Positions 1 through 10,152 are shown, numbered from the stretch's first letter. The stretch is DNA of 64,000 bases from Sphingomonas bacterium (GCF_028292965.1 NZ_JAQGLG010000026.1:31384-95383), one strand, 5' to 3'. Translations and numbers: made by a program. The notes: generated by a model not told the origin, from the letters alone.

Positions 1-1
1 C

Positions 2-2755
2 GCGCTGGCGACGATCCTGCCCGATCTGCCCGCCGGCACGCGCTTCAGCGTGCGCCGGTCGGACCCGACGATCTTCCCGGTGCTCGGCATCTCGCTGACC
101 TCCGACAAGCGCGATGGCGTCGCGCTGGCGCAGATGGCGCAGCTGAAGCTACGGCCGGTGCTGTCGACCGTGAGCGGCGTGGCCGGCGTCGATGTGCTCG
201 GCGGCGCCAACCAGGAGGTGGAAGTCGAGGTCGATCCGGCGCGGCTGCAGTCGCTCGGCATGACCATGACCGACGTGACGACCGCGCTCGGCGCGGCCAA
301 CAGCGTCGCCGCGGTGGGCAAGATCGAGGACCGCCACCGGCTGTATCTCGCGTTGGTCGAGAATCGGCTGACGAGCGAGGCGGATATCGCCGCGATCCCG
401 CTCAAGGCCGGGACGGCGGCCGGTGCCGGCGTCGCGACGCTGGGCCAGATCGCCACCGTGCGCCGCGCGCCCGCGCCGGTGTGGACCAAGGTCACCTCCA
501 ACGGTGCCAATGCGGTGCTGGTCAACATCCGCCAGACGCCGACCGCCGACGCGGTGGCGCTGGTCAAGGAGGTCGAGGCGCGGCTGAAGGACGTCGCGCT
601 GCCCGGCGATGTGAAGGTCAGCTTCTTCTACGACCAGTCCGAGCTGGTGACGGGTGCCGCCAATGCGGTGCGCGACGCCATCCTGCTCGGCGCCGTGCTG
701 GCGGGGCTGGTGCTGTTCCTGTTCCTCAGGAGCTGGCGCCTGATGGTGATCACCGCCGCCCTGCTGCCGGCGGTGCTCGCCGCGACCTGTCTGGCGCTGC
801 TCGCATTGCATATGAGCTTCAACATGATGACGCTCGGCGGCATGGCCGCGGCGGTCGGCCTGGTGGTCGACGACGCGGTGGTGATGCTCGAACATCTCAT
901 GCGGCGGCTACAGGAGGCCGATCACGACAAGCAGGAACGTCCGTCGATGCTGGCGGCGGCGCGCGAAATGGCGCGCCCGCTGTTCGGTTCGACCATGGCG
1001 ACGATCGTGGTGTTCGTGCCGCTAGCGTTCATCTCCGGCGTGACCGGCGGCTTCTTCAAGGCGCTGGCGGTGACGATGGTCGCGGCGCTCGCGGTGTCGC
1101 TGATCTACGCCCGCTTCGTATTGCCGATCGTGGCCGAGAACTGGCTGACGGTGAAGGACGCCCAGGCGGCCGACAAGGCGGAGAAGTTCACCGGGCCGAT
1201 GGCGAACGGCTATGGCCGCGTCGCAGCGCGCGCCTTTGCCCGGCCGGGGCTGGTCGCGGCGGTGGTCGCGGTGCTGATGGTCGTCGCGGGCGGCTTCGCC
1301 TGGACGCATCTCCAGTCGGGCTTCATGCCGGTGATGGACGAGGGCGGCTTCATCCTCGACTACAAGGCCAAGCCCGGCGCCTCGCTGACCGACACCGATC
1401 GCCTGCTGCGCCAGGTCGAGAAGATCGTTCAGGAGACGCCCGAGGTGTCGAGCTATTCGCGCCGCACCGGCGTCCAGCTCGGCGGTGGCCTGACCGAGGC
1501 CGATGAAGGCGATTTCTTCATCCGCCTCAAGGGCGGTTCGCGGCGCGGCATCGAGGAGGTGATGGCCGATGTCCGCGGCAAGGTGCAGAGCGAAGTGCCG
1601 GGCCTCGAAATCGAGACCGCGCAGCTGATGGAGGATCTGATCGGCGATCTCACCGCCGTACCCCAGCCGATCGAGGTCAAGCTGTTCGGCGACGACCCGA
1701 AACAACTCGAGGATTCGGCCGGCAAGGTGGTCGAGGCGATGGGCAAGATCGACGGCGTGGTCGAAGTCGCCAGCGGCCTGCGCGTCGCCGGCGACGGTAT
1801 CATCATCAAGGTCGATCGCGCCGCCGCGACGATGGCCGGGCTGGACCCCGATATCGTCGCCAAGCAGGTCGAAACGCAGATCGGCGGCACTGTCGCGACG
1901 CAGATCCTCGCCGGGGAGCAGGTCATCGATGTGCGCGTGCGCCTGCCGCAGGATCTGCGCCAGCGCACCGACGCGCTCGGCGCGCTGACCATCCGCGCGG
2001 CCGATGGCCGGGCGGTCGCGCTACGCAGCATCGCCTCGATCAGCATCGCCGCGGGCCAGCGCCAGATCACGCGTGAGGATCTTGCGCCGTTCATCCCGGT
2101 GACCGCGCGGCTCGAAGGCAAGGATCTCGGCACCGGCATGAAGGACGTCCAGGCGACGGTTGCCGGGCTGCATCTGCCGGCCGGCGTGCGGGTCGATTAT
2201 GGCGGCCTCTACGCCCAGCAGAAGCAATCCTTCAGCGATCTGACCACGGTGTTCATCGCCGCGCTGTTGCTCTCCGCGCTGCTGCTGACGCTGATGTTCG
2301 AGAACTGGGCTTTCACCACGGCGGTGATCGCGACCGTGCTGCTTTCGACCACGGCGGTGTTTTTCGGCCTGTGGATCACGGGCACGGAACTCGACATCTC
2401 CGCACTGATGGGGCTGACCATGGTAGTTGGCATGCTGACCGAACTGGCGATCTTCTACCTCGCCGAACTGGTACCCGGCGAGCGGATCGACGCTGCGTCG
2501 TTGCTCCATGCCGGCAAGGCGCGGATCAGGCCGATCGTGATGTCGGCCCTGATCGCGATCCTGACGCTGGCGCCGCTCGCGCTGGGGATGAGCCGCGGCG
2601 CCGGGCTGCAAAAGCCACTTGCCACCGCGATCATCTTCGGCCTGGCGATCGGCGCGCCGCTGGTGCTGACGATGCTGCCGACTCTCGTGCTGGTGTTCGG
2701 CCGGGTGCGCAGGCGCGGCGACGTGGCCGAGCCGGGCGAGCCGGCCACGGCCTGA
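2..2755 (+). CDS. Efflux RND transporter permease subunit (AcrB/CusA superfamily), 5'-truncated by window edge
   Basis: Frame open from base 2. RND motifs GLVVDDAVVMLE, VFVPLAF, DEGGF and RIRPIVMS; two large periplasmic loops with TM clusters. Confidence 0.93.
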   Translation, partial: ALATILPDLPAGTRFSVRRSDPTIFPVLGISLTSDKRDGVALAQMAQLKLRPVLSTVSGVAGVDVLGGANQEVEVEVDPARLQSLGMTMTDVTTALGAANSVAAVGKIEDRHRLYLALVENRLTSEADIAAIPLKAGTAAGAGVATLGQIATVRRAPAPVWTKVTSNGANAVLVNIRQTPTADAVALVKEVEARLKDVALPGDVKVSFFYDQSELVTGAANAVRDAILLGAVLAGLVLFLFLRSWRLMVITAALLPAVLAATCLALLALHMSFNMMTLGGMAAAVGLVVDDAVVMLEHLMRRLQEADHDKQERPSMLAAAREMARPLFGSTMATIVVFVPLAFISGVTGGFFKALAVTMVAALAVSLIYARFVLPIVAENWLTVKDAQAADKAEKFTGPMANGYGRVAARAFARPGLVAAVVAVLMVVAGGFAWTHLQSGFMPVMDEGGFILDYKAKPGASLTDTDRLLRQVEKIVQETPEVSSYSRRTGVQLGGGLTEADEGDFFIRLKGGSRRGIEEVMADVRGKVQSEVPGLEIETAQLMEDLIGDLTAVPQPIEVKLFGDDPKQLEDSAGKVVEAMGKIDGVVEVASGLRVAGDGIIIKVDRAAATMAGLDPDIVAKQVETQIGGTVATQILAGEQVIDVRVRLPQDLRQRTDALGALTIRAADGRAVALRSIASISIAAGQRQITREDLAPFIPVTARLEGKDLGTGMKDVQATVAGLHLPAGVRVDYGGLYAQQKQSFSDLTTVFIAALLLSALLLTLMFENWAFTTAVIATVLLSTTAVFFGLWITGTELDISALMGLTMVVGMLTELAIFYLAELVPGERIDAASLLHAGKARIRPIVMSALIAILTLAPLALGMSRGAGLQKPLATAIIFGLAIGAPLVLTMLPTLVLVFGRVRRRGDVAEPGEPATA

Positions 2756-2759
2756 CGCT

Positions 2760-3653
2760 TCAGCGCGCCACCGCCGCGACACCCGCGCCAATGCCGGCGC
2801 TGGCGAGTTCATGTTCGGCCTGGGTGAAGCCGTAAGCGGGGACGATCTCGCCGGTCCGGTCGGCGACGTCGCTCCAATGGCTGACCAGTTGCTCGCCGGC
2901 GTCGCGGCCCACGCCGATATAGCGGCCTTGCGACAGGGTGACGTTGGCGGTCGCGAAATGGCCGGCACCGGCGCAGAGGATCGCGCGCGTTGGGGCGTCC
3001 TCGCCGACCAGCGCGAGCAGGCCCGGGCTGACCAGCGCCGGATCGAGCAGGCTCAACCCTTCGGCGGACAGCACGCCCTCGGTCATCTGCGTCGCTGCGG
3101 TGGGGGCGAGGCAATTGACGCGGATGTCGTGCTTCTCGCCTTCGATCGCCAGCGTCTGCATCAGGCCGACCAGCGCCATCTTTGCGGCGCCGTAATTGGC
3201 CTGGCCGAAATTGCCGTACAGGCCGGACGACGAGGTCGTCATGACGATGCGGCCGTGGCGTTGCGCGCGCATGATCTCCCATACCGCCTTGCTGCACACC
3301 ACCGCGCCCATCAGATGGACATCGACCACCAGCCTGAAATCGTCGAGCGTCATCTTGGCGAAGCTCTTGTCGCGCAGGATGCCGGCATTGTTGACCAGCA
3401 CGTCGACGCGGCCCCAGCGATCCATGATCTGCTCGACCATCGCGGCGACCGCGGCTTCGTCGCTGACCGAGGCGGCAAAGGCAACGGCTTCGCCGCCCGC
3501 CGCGACGATCTCGGCGGCGACGCGCCCGGCGGCATCGATCCCCAGATCATTGACCACGACCTGCGCGCCCTGCCTCGCCAGGAACAGTGCGTGCGCGCGG
3601 CCCAATCCGCCGCCGGCACCGGTGACGATGGCGACGCGTCCGTTGAGTGACAT
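2760..3653 (-). CDS. SDR family oxidoreductase (MFE-2-type 3-hydroxyacyl-CoA dehydrogenase-like)
   Basis: TGAGGGLG, NNAGILRD and YGAAK motifs, plus GLYGNFGQANY. Start reassigned to ATG 3653, which has an AAGGAAGGA RBS. Confidence 0.9.
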   Translation of the reverse strand: MSLNGRVAIVTGAGGGLGRAHALFLARQGAQVVVNDLGIDAAGRVAAEIVAAGGEAVAFAASVSDEAAVAAMVEQIMDRWGRVDVLVNNAGILRDKSFAKMTLDDFRLVVDVHLMGAVVCSKAVWEIMRAQRHGRIVMTTSSSGLYGNFGQANYGAAKMALVGLMQTLAIEGEKHDIRVNCLAPTAATQMTEGVLSAEGLSLLDPALVSPGLLALVGEDAPTRAILCAGAGHFATANVTLSQGRYIGVGRDAGEQLVSHWSDVADRTGEIVPAYGFTQAEHELASAGIGAGVAAVAR

Positions 3654-3701
3654 CCGGAAATCCTTCCTTACGTTCGACCGGCTTCGCATAGCCGAACATA
3701 T

Positions 3702-3723
3702 TTTCACTATCAACATAGTGAAA
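3702..3723. promoter_or_regulatory. Perfect palindrome TTTCACTAT-N4-ATAGTGAAA, candidate repressor operator upstream of the SDR
   Basis: 9-bp perfect AT-rich inverted repeat about 50 bp upstream of the SDR start, in a divergent intergenic region. Confidence 0.55.
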
Positions 3724-3857
3724 TAAACTGACGTTCAAACCGGGACCACCTGGCGTGTTGATCGCATGTGCCGGCGGCCTGTCGGATTGTGGTGTGACAG
3801 GTCGCTACGACACGTCTATTCTCATCCAGCGGAATTGACGGAACAGGGGAGAGTCGC

Positions 3858-4613
3858 ATGCGCAAGGCTTTTGTCGCGATGGCGTTGTCGGTGGTGGCGG
3901 TGCCGCTCGGTATGGCGGTCGCGCAGTCGGCAGGATTGCCGCAAAATATCGCCGCGGCGGTCGCCGATCCGAGCCGACCCGCCAGCGACTCCAGCACAGA
4001 CGCCAATCGCAAGCCGGGTGAGACGCTCGCCTTTGCCGGGGTGAAGCCGGGCATGGTGGTGGGCGAATTCTATCCCGGCGGCGGTTATTTCACCCGCATG
4101 CTGAGCGATGTGGTGGGCCCCAAGGGCCATGTCTATGCGATCGAGAATTCGCGGTGGCACAGCTCGTTCGTGGCCGACCAGGCGCTGCTCGCCGACGGAA
4201 AGATGAGCAATGTCTCGGTCGAGGCGGCGGCGTTCGGCACGGTGCGCTTTGCGCAGCCGCTCGACATCGCCTGGGTGACGCAGAACTACCACGACCTCAA
4301 GATCGCCCAATATGGCGTGGTCGACACGGCCGCGTTCAACCGCGGTGTGTTCAACGCGCTCAAGCCGGGCGGCGTGTTCATGGTGCTCGATCACGAAGCC
4401 CCGGCAGGGACGGACGTCGCGGCGATCACGAAGCTGCACCGCATCGAGAAGGCACAGGTGATCCGCGAGGTAACCGCAGCCGGCTTCAAACTACAGGCGG
4501 AGGGAACCTTCCTCCACCGGGACAGCGACGATCATACGCTGCCGATCTTCGACAAGAAGGTCCAGGGCCAGACCGACCAATATGCGCTGAGGTTCGTCAA
4601 GCCGCGGCGGTGA
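3858..4613 (+). CDS. Predicted class I SAM-dependent methyltransferase with signal peptide
   Basis: N-terminal signal peptide ending AVA-Q; motif I variant VGEFYPGGGYFT; ALKPGG; LHRI. GGGGAGAG RBS. Confidence 0.8.
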   Translation: MRKAFVAMALSVVAVPLGMAVAQSAGLPQNIAAAVADPSRPASDSSTDANRKPGETLAFAGVKPGMVVGEFYPGGGYFTRMLSDVVGPKGHVYAIENSRWHSSFVADQALLADGKMSNVSVEAAAFGTVRFAQPLDIAWVTQNYHDLKIAQYGVVDTAAFNRGVFNALKPGGVFMVLDHEAPAGTDVAAITKLHRIEKAQVIREVTAAGFKLQAEGTFLHRDSDDHTLPIFDKKVQGQTDQYALRFVKPRR

Positions 4614-4616
4614 ATC

Positions 4617-5291
4617 TCAGTCGGCGTGGCCCTTGCAGATCGCCAGCAGGCCCGCCGCCATGAACGGCGCCATATGCTCTTTCGCGGTCGTGAAGTCCTC
4701 GGACTTGCACAGGCCACCGGAGAGCTTGTCGATCCGCCCGGTGCGCGCCAGCGTGAGCATCAGCGCACCGGTCACGAACTGATAGCCCCAGAAGATGCGT
4801 TCTTCGGGGCAATCGGGCAGCGCCTTTTTGAGCAGTTCGATCAGACGCAGCACGACCGGATCGAAATGCGTGTCCATCAACTCCGCGCCCCATTGCGGGG
4901 TGTTGGCGACCTGGGCGGTGAGCTGGGCGTAGTTCTTCCAGCCCTCGTCGCCGTCGATATAGAGGTCGAGATCGGTGTCGAGAAAGGCGCGCAACGCCCC
5001 TTCGATGGTCGGCTTGCCGCCGGTCGCGGCATCATAATCGTCGAGCACCTTCATCCGGCGCTCGCTGGTGACGACCGCGCGGCGCGCGAACACCGCGTCG
5101 AACAGCGCCTTCTTATCGGCGAAATAATAATTGAGCAGGGTGTGATGCACGCCGACGCGCTTGGCGACTTCCTTCAGCGTCACGCCGTGCAGCCCGTGCC
5201 GCGCAAACAGTTCCTCCGCCGTGTCGAGGATCAGTTCCATCGTCTCGGCGCGCTGCTCGGCCTTGCGGGGTCGTTTCACTGGCTGCGTCAC
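4617..5291 (-). CDS. TetR/AcrR family transcriptional regulator
   Basis: ILDTAEELFARHGLHGVTLKEVAKRVGVHHTLLNYYFADK HTH. Start placed at GTG 5291. Confidence 0.9.
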   Translation of the reverse strand: MTQPVKRPRKAEQRAETMELILDTAEELFARHGLHGVTLKEVAKRVGVHHTLLNYYFADKKALFDAVFARRAVVTSERRMKVLDDYDAATGGKPTIEGALRAFLDTDLDLYIDGDEGWKNYAQLTAQVANTPQWGAELMDTHFDPVVLRLIELLKKALPDCPEERIFWGYQFVTGALMLTLARTGRIDKLSGGLCKSEDFTTAKEHMAPFMAAGLLAICKGHAD

Positions 5292-5341
5292 GATACCGTC
5301 CTTCCAGCCCGAACGGGCCAGCGTCAAGCCTCTGCCCGAAT

Positions 5342-5359
5342 ATTCACCCACATGAGAAT
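5342..5359. promoter_or_regulatory. Candidate TetR operator ATTCAC-N6-GAGAAT
   Basis: Imperfect palindrome between divergent tetR and MFS; the same motif recurs at 12483-12500. Confidence 0.55.
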
Positions 5360-5431
5360 GTGGATTTGACAGCGCGAAGGCAGACTCACATGATACGCGC
5401 CAACGACAGAAACATGAGGGGATGCGTGGAC

Positions 5432-6721
5432 ATGCAGGCCAGCAGCGAAGCCGCGCCACAGCGCGCGCCGGGCACGGCACCGGGAATCCTGCTGTTCGTG
5501 CTGACCTTCGTCTATGTGATCAACTTCCTCGATCGCCAGCTGCTGAGCATTCTCGCCAAGCCGATCCAGGACAGTCTGCACCTCAAGGACGGGCAGCTCG
5601 GGCTGATCGGCGGGCTCTATTTCGCGATGTTCTATTGCTTCATCGCCATCCCCGTCGGCTGGTTCGCCGACCGCACCAACCGCGTCGGCGTACTCTCGCT
5701 GGCCTGCGCGATCTGGAGCGCGGCGACGATCGCCTGCGGGCTCGCCGCGAGCTTCCCGCAGATGGTGGTGGCGCGCATGACGGTCGGCTTCGGCGAGGCC
5801 GGCGGCGTGCCGCCTTCCTATGCGATCATCGCCGACAGCTTTCCACCCGGAAAACGCGGCGTGGCCTATGGCACCTATAATCTCGGCCCGCCGATCGGTG
5901 CGGCTTTGGGGATCGCGTTCGGCGCCTCGATCGCCGAGCATTTCGACTGGCGCTATGCCTTCATCGCGATCGGCGCGGTCGGCGTGGTCACCGCGATCCT
6001 GGTCAAATTGCTGGTGCGCGAGCCGGTGCGCGGGGCGTTCGATCCCGTCGCCGCGCAACCGGTAGACAAGGTCGACTTCTGGGATACGGTGGGGATGTTC
6101 TTCACCCACAAGGTGCTGATGCTCGTCGCGCTCGGCGGTGGCGCGACGCAATTCGTCACCTATGGGCTGGGCAATTTCGCGGTGCTTTTCCTGATGCGTG
6201 AAAAGGGCATGGTCTTCAGTGAGATCGCACTGTGGTACGCGCTGGCGGTGCTGATCGGCATGGGGTCGGGCATGGTCATTTCCGGCCGGATCATCGACCG
6301 CCTGTCGCGGCGTTCGCGCGTCGTCTATGCGATGGGGCCGGCGCTGTCGTTGGCGGTTGCCCTTCCCTTCTATGTCGCGTTCGTCTGGGCGCCAGGCTGG
6401 CCGCTGGCGCTGGTCCTGCTGACCGTGACGATGATCCTCAACTATTTCTACCTCTCCGCCTCGGTCGCGCTGACCCAGGAAGAAGTCCGCCCCGACCAGC
6501 GCGTGCTGGCCGGCGCGCTCCTGCTGCTGGTGATGAACTTCATCGGCCTCGGCCTCGGCCCGACCTATGTCGGCTGGGCAAGCGACTGGTTCGCCGCGCA
6601 CGGCCATGCTCATTCGCTGCAGATCGCGCTCTACACGCTCACCCCCTTCTATCTCGTCGCCATCCTGTTGTTCCTGTGGCTGGCGCGCATCCTCAGCACT
6701 GAAGGAAAGGTCGCCGCATGA
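5432..6721 (+). CDS. MFS transporter (spinster-like)
   Basis: NFLDRQLL, GWFADRTNR and ARMTVGFGEAG motifs; about 12 TM segments; stop overlaps the esterase start (ATGA). Confidence 0.88.
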   Translation: MQASSEAAPQRAPGTAPGILLFVLTFVYVINFLDRQLLSILAKPIQDSLHLKDGQLGLIGGLYFAMFYCFIAIPVGWFADRTNRVGVLSLACAIWSAATIACGLAASFPQMVVARMTVGFGEAGGVPPSYAIIADSFPPGKRGVAYGTYNLGPPIGAALGIAFGASIAEHFDWRYAFIAIGAVGVVTAILVKLLVREPVRGAFDPVAAQPVDKVDFWDTVGMFFTHKVLMLVALGGGATQFVTYGLGNFAVLFLMREKGMVFSEIALWYALAVLIGMGSGMVISGRIIDRLSRRSRVVYAMGPALSLAVALPFYVAFVWAPGWPLALVLLTVTMILNYFYLSASVALTQEEVRPDQRVLAGALLLLVMNFIGLGLGPTYVGWASDWFAAHGHAHSLQIALYTLTPFYLVAILLFLWLARILSTEGKVAA

Positions 6722-8355
6722 TCCCGGTCCGTCGCCTGATCACCCTTGGCTGTCTCGCGCTGGCGCCTCCGGTCGCGGCACAGGATACGGCGCCCGTCGT
6801 CGATGCGCCCTCGGGCGCGGTGCGCGGCCAGGCGGAGGACGATATCCGCGTGTTCAAGGGCATCCCCTATGCCCTGCCGCCGGTCCAGCGGCTGCGTTGG
6901 CAGCCACCCGTGGCGATGCCGCGCTGGCAAGGCGCGCGCGACGCCGCGGCATTCGGCCCGGCCTGCATCCAGCCCCAGAGCAAGGCGGTGTCGGTCTATT
7001 CGGGCGAGCAATTCCCGACCAGCGAGGACTGCCTGACGCTCAACATCTGGGCGCCGAAAAATGCGACCAAGGCGCCGGTGTTCTTCTGGATCCATGGCGG
7101 CGCGCTCAGCGGCGGATCAAGCCGAGAAGCGCTGTATGACGGGCGCAAGCTCGCTTCGCGCGGCGTGATCGTCGTGTCGATCAATTACCGGCTCGGGGTG
7201 CTCGGCTGGCTGGCGCACCCGGGCCTCAGCGCGGAATCGCCGCAGCACGTGTCGGGCAATTACGGCCTGCTCGACCAGATCGCCGCGCTCAAATGGATCC
7301 GCGCCAACATCGCGGCGTTCGGCGGCGACGCCGCCAATGTCACCATCGCCGGCGAATCCGCCGGCGGGCTGAGCGTCATGTACCTGCTCGGTTCGCCCCC
7401 GGCGCGCGGGCTGTTCGCCAAGGCGATCAGCGAGAGCGGCTACATGATCTCGATGCAGGAACTGAAGCACAGCGTCTATGGCGCGCCGTCGGGCGAGGCG
7501 GTGGGGCAGATGCTCTCCGCAGGTCTGCAAGCGCCCGACATCGCCGATCTACGCGGTATCGATGCGCAGACCCTGACCGACAGTGCGGCCAGGCTTGGCT
7601 TCGCCCCATTCGGTCTGGTCGATGGCGGCGTGCTGCCCGAACAGATGGTCTCATCCTTCGAGGCGGGCAAGCAGGCGCATGTGCCGCTGCTGGTCGGTTT
7701 CAATCAGGGCGAGATCCGCTCGCTGATGATACTCGCACCCAAGCCGCCGGCCAGCGCGGCAGAATATGAAGCGACGATCCGCGACCGCTATGGCGAGCTG
7801 GCCGACAATTTTCTCAAGCTCTACCCCGCAGCCACCTACAAGGAGAGCATCCTCGCGACGACCCGCGACATGCTCTATGGCTGGACTGCCGAGCGCATGG
7901 CGCGCAACCAGACCGCGACCGGCCAGCCCGCCTATCTATACATGTGGGACCACGGTTATCCTGCGGCGGACGATGTGGGCCTGCACGCCTTCCACGCCAG
8001 CGAATTGCCCTTCGCGTTCGGCAATCTCGACCGTACGCCACCACATTGGCCGCGTATCCCCGACACCGCCGGTGAGCATGCGCTGTCCGACGCGATGGCC
8101 GATTACTGGGCCAGCTTCGTGAAGACCGGCCACCCCGGGGCGAGCAATGCGCCGGCCTGGCCGGCTTATGGCACTGCCGGGGCGTTCATGCACTTCACCG
8201 ACACGCCCTACCCCGAGACGAAACTGATGCCGGGCATGTACGCGCTCAACGAAGCGGTGGTGTGCCGCCGCCGGGCGACAGGCAAGATCGGCTGGAACTG
8301 GAATGTGGGGCTAGCCGCGCCCAAGCTGCCGGCCAAAGTGGCGGGATGCGAGTGA
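6718..8355 (+). CDS. Type-B carboxylesterase/lipase family protein, probably exported
   Basis: FKGIPYA, SEDCLTLNIW, WIHGG, GESAG nucleophile elbow, HASEL; signal peptide. Confidence 0.92.
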   Translation: MIPVRRLITLGCLALAPPVAAQDTAPVVDAPSGAVRGQAEDDIRVFKGIPYALPPVQRLRWQPPVAMPRWQGARDAAAFGPACIQPQSKAVSVYSGEQFPTSEDCLTLNIWAPKNATKAPVFFWIHGGALSGGSSREALYDGRKLASRGVIVVSINYRLGVLGWLAHPGLSAESPQHVSGNYGLLDQIAALKWIRANIAAFGGDAANVTIAGESAGGLSVMYLLGSPPARGLFAKAISESGYMISMQELKHSVYGAPSGEAVGQMLSAGLQAPDIADLRGIDAQTLTDSAARLGFAPFGLVDGGVLPEQMVSSFEAGKQAHVPLLVGFNQGEIRSLMILAPKPPASAAEYEATIRDRYGELADNFLKLYPAATYKESILATTRDMLYGWTAERMARNQTATGQPAYLYMWDHGYPAADDVGLHAFHASELPFAFGNLDRTPPHWPRIPDTAGEHALSDAMADYWASFVKTGHPGASNAPAWPAYGTAGAFMHFTDTPYPETKLMPGMYALNEAVVCRRRATGKIGWNWNVGLAAPKLPAKVAGCE

Positions 8356-8359
8356 CGCT

Positions 8360-8462
8360 GTTCCCCGGCGAAGGCCGAGGCCCAGTTGCACGGCGATCGT
8401 TATGTAAGGTCACGCTCGATAAAATCTGCTTTCGAACTGGGCCCCGGCCTTCGCCGGGGAAC
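8360..8462. repeat. REP/REPIN-like inverted-repeat element
   Basis: Arms GTTCCCCGGCGAAGGCCGAGGCCCAGTT and AACTGGGCCCCGGCCTTCGCCGGGGAAC between convergent genes; each arm is itself a hairpin. Confidence 0.8.
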
Positions 8463-8484
8463 GCAGATATCAATATGTGTCGGC

Positions 8485-10086
8485 CTACCGTGCCACCTTG
8501 TTCGCCGCGATCCGCCCCTCGGCATAATCCGCGCTCAGCCGGATCTTGTCGATCTTGCCGGTCGCAGCCAACGGCATCGCCGCCACCTCGGCCACCTGAT
8601 CCGGAATCCACCAGTCGGCGACCTTGCCGCGCAGCAGGCGGAGCAGCACGCCGGGATCCTCCGCATCGCCCTGCGTCTCCACGATCAGCACCGGGCGCTC
8701 GCCCCATTTGACGTCGGGCCGCGCGATCACCGCCACGTGGCGGACGCTGGGATGACGGCCGATGATCGCCTCGATCTCGGTCGGGTTGATCCATTCGCCG
8801 CCCGACTTGATCAGGTCCTTGGCGCGCCCGCAAATGGTGAGATTGCCGTCGCCGTCGATCATCGCAAGATCGCCGGTGTCGAAATACCCCTCATCATCGA
8901 GCGCGCTGGTCTCGGCCTTGAAATAACGTTCGATCACGCTCGGTCCCTTGACCTTCAGGTGGCCGAGGATGTCGCGCTGCGGGTCGAGCGTGTTGCCCGC
9001 GGCATCGGTCAGCTTGAGATCGACCCCCATCGGCGCCCGCCCCGAGGAACCGAGCGGCTGTGCCGTCGCCCCCGGCGGCGCGATGGTGCCCATCGGCGAC
9101 AATTCGGTCATGCCCCAGCTGGTCTGCACCCGCGCGCCAAGGCGCTGCTCCATCTTGCGGATCAGCGCATCGGGGCAACTCGAACCACCGATCAACACGC
9201 GCCGCAGCGCCGGCAGATCCTCGCCTGTCGCTTCGAGGTGATCGACCAGCCCGAGCCATAAGGTCTGCACGCCGACCGCCACGGTCACACCCTCGTCGCG
9301 CATGATCCGCGCAAGGCTGGCGCCATCGAGCGCGCGGCCCGGCAGGACGAGCTTCGCCCCTGCCGCAGGCGCGGCGAAGGGCAGGCCCCAGCCATTGGCA
9401 TGAAACATCGGCACGCCGAGGAGCAGCACGTCGTCGGCGGTCAGCGCGATCGAATCCGCTTGCAGCGCGCGCAGCGTGTGGAGGTAGTTGGAGCGATGGG
9501 TATAGACCACGCCCTTGGGGCTGCCGGTGGTGCCCGACGTGTAGCACAGCCCGGCGGGCGCATTTTCGTCGAAGTCACCCCAGGCCGCCGACGCACCATG
9601 CGCCTCGAGCAACGCCTCGAACCGCCAGATGCGCGCCGGATGCTCGCCGAAATCGGCCTCCTCCGCCGGCGCGTCGAGGACGATGACATGCGCGATGTTC
9701 GGGCACAGCGGCGCGACCTCGTGCAACAGCGGCATGAGATCGACCGCCACCGCCAGCACGCGATCCTCGGCCTCGTTGATCATCGCCGCGAGATGCGCCG
9801 GCGTCAGGCGCGGGTTGAGCGTGTGGCAGACCAGCCCCATGCCCATCGCGGCATAATAGATTTCGAGATGGTGCTGCGTATTCCAGGCCAGCGTGCCGAC
9901 CCGCTCGCCGACGCTCAGCCCCAGCGCCGCCAGCGCCCCCGACATGCGATTGCTGCGGTCGCGCAGGACGGCATAGTCGATCCGCCCGCACACCCGCCCG
10001 GCATCCGCCTCGACGATCTGGCGATTCTGGAACCACTTGGCGGCGTGATCGAGGAACTTGTCTATGGTCAGGCCGTAGGGTTGCAT
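8485..10086 (-). CDS. Acyl-CoA synthetase (AMP-binding; medium/long-chain fatty acid-CoA ligase)
   Basis: YTSGTTGSPKG, PMFHANGWG, WGMTE, FDTGD, GRAKDLIKSGGEWI and GKIDK motifs. Confidence 0.92.
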   Translation of the reverse strand: MQPYGLTIDKFLDHAAKWFQNRQIVEADAGRVCGRIDYAVLRDRSNRMSGALAALGLSVGERVGTLAWNTQHHLEIYYAAMGMGLVCHTLNPRLTPAHLAAMINEAEDRVLAVAVDLMPLLHEVAPLCPNIAHVIVLDAPAEEADFGEHPARIWRFEALLEAHGASAAWGDFDENAPAGLCYTSGTTGSPKGVVYTHRSNYLHTLRALQADSIALTADDVLLLGVPMFHANGWGLPFAAPAAGAKLVLPGRALDGASLARIMRDEGVTVAVGVQTLWLGLVDHLEATGEDLPALRRVLIGGSSCPDALIRKMEQRLGARVQTSWGMTELSPMGTIAPPGATAQPLGSSGRAPMGVDLKLTDAAGNTLDPQRDILGHLKVKGPSVIERYFKAETSALDDEGYFDTGDLAMIDGDGNLTICGRAKDLIKSGGEWINPTEIEAIIGRHPSVRHVAVIARPDVKWGERPVLIVETQGDAEDPGVLLRLLRGKVADWWIPDQVAEVAAMPLAATGKIDKIRLSADYAEGRIAANKVAR

Positions 10087-10110
10087 GATGCTTTCGAGGC
10101 TGGCGTGAAG

Positions 10111-10152
10111 AAAAAAGCCGGCCGCCGACCCCGAAGGGATATGGCGACCGGC
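10111..10152 (-). terminator. Rho-independent terminator/attenuator downstream of the TBDR
   Basis: Minus strand GCCGGTCGCC...GGCGGCCGGC stem followed by TTTTTT. Confidence 0.65.
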
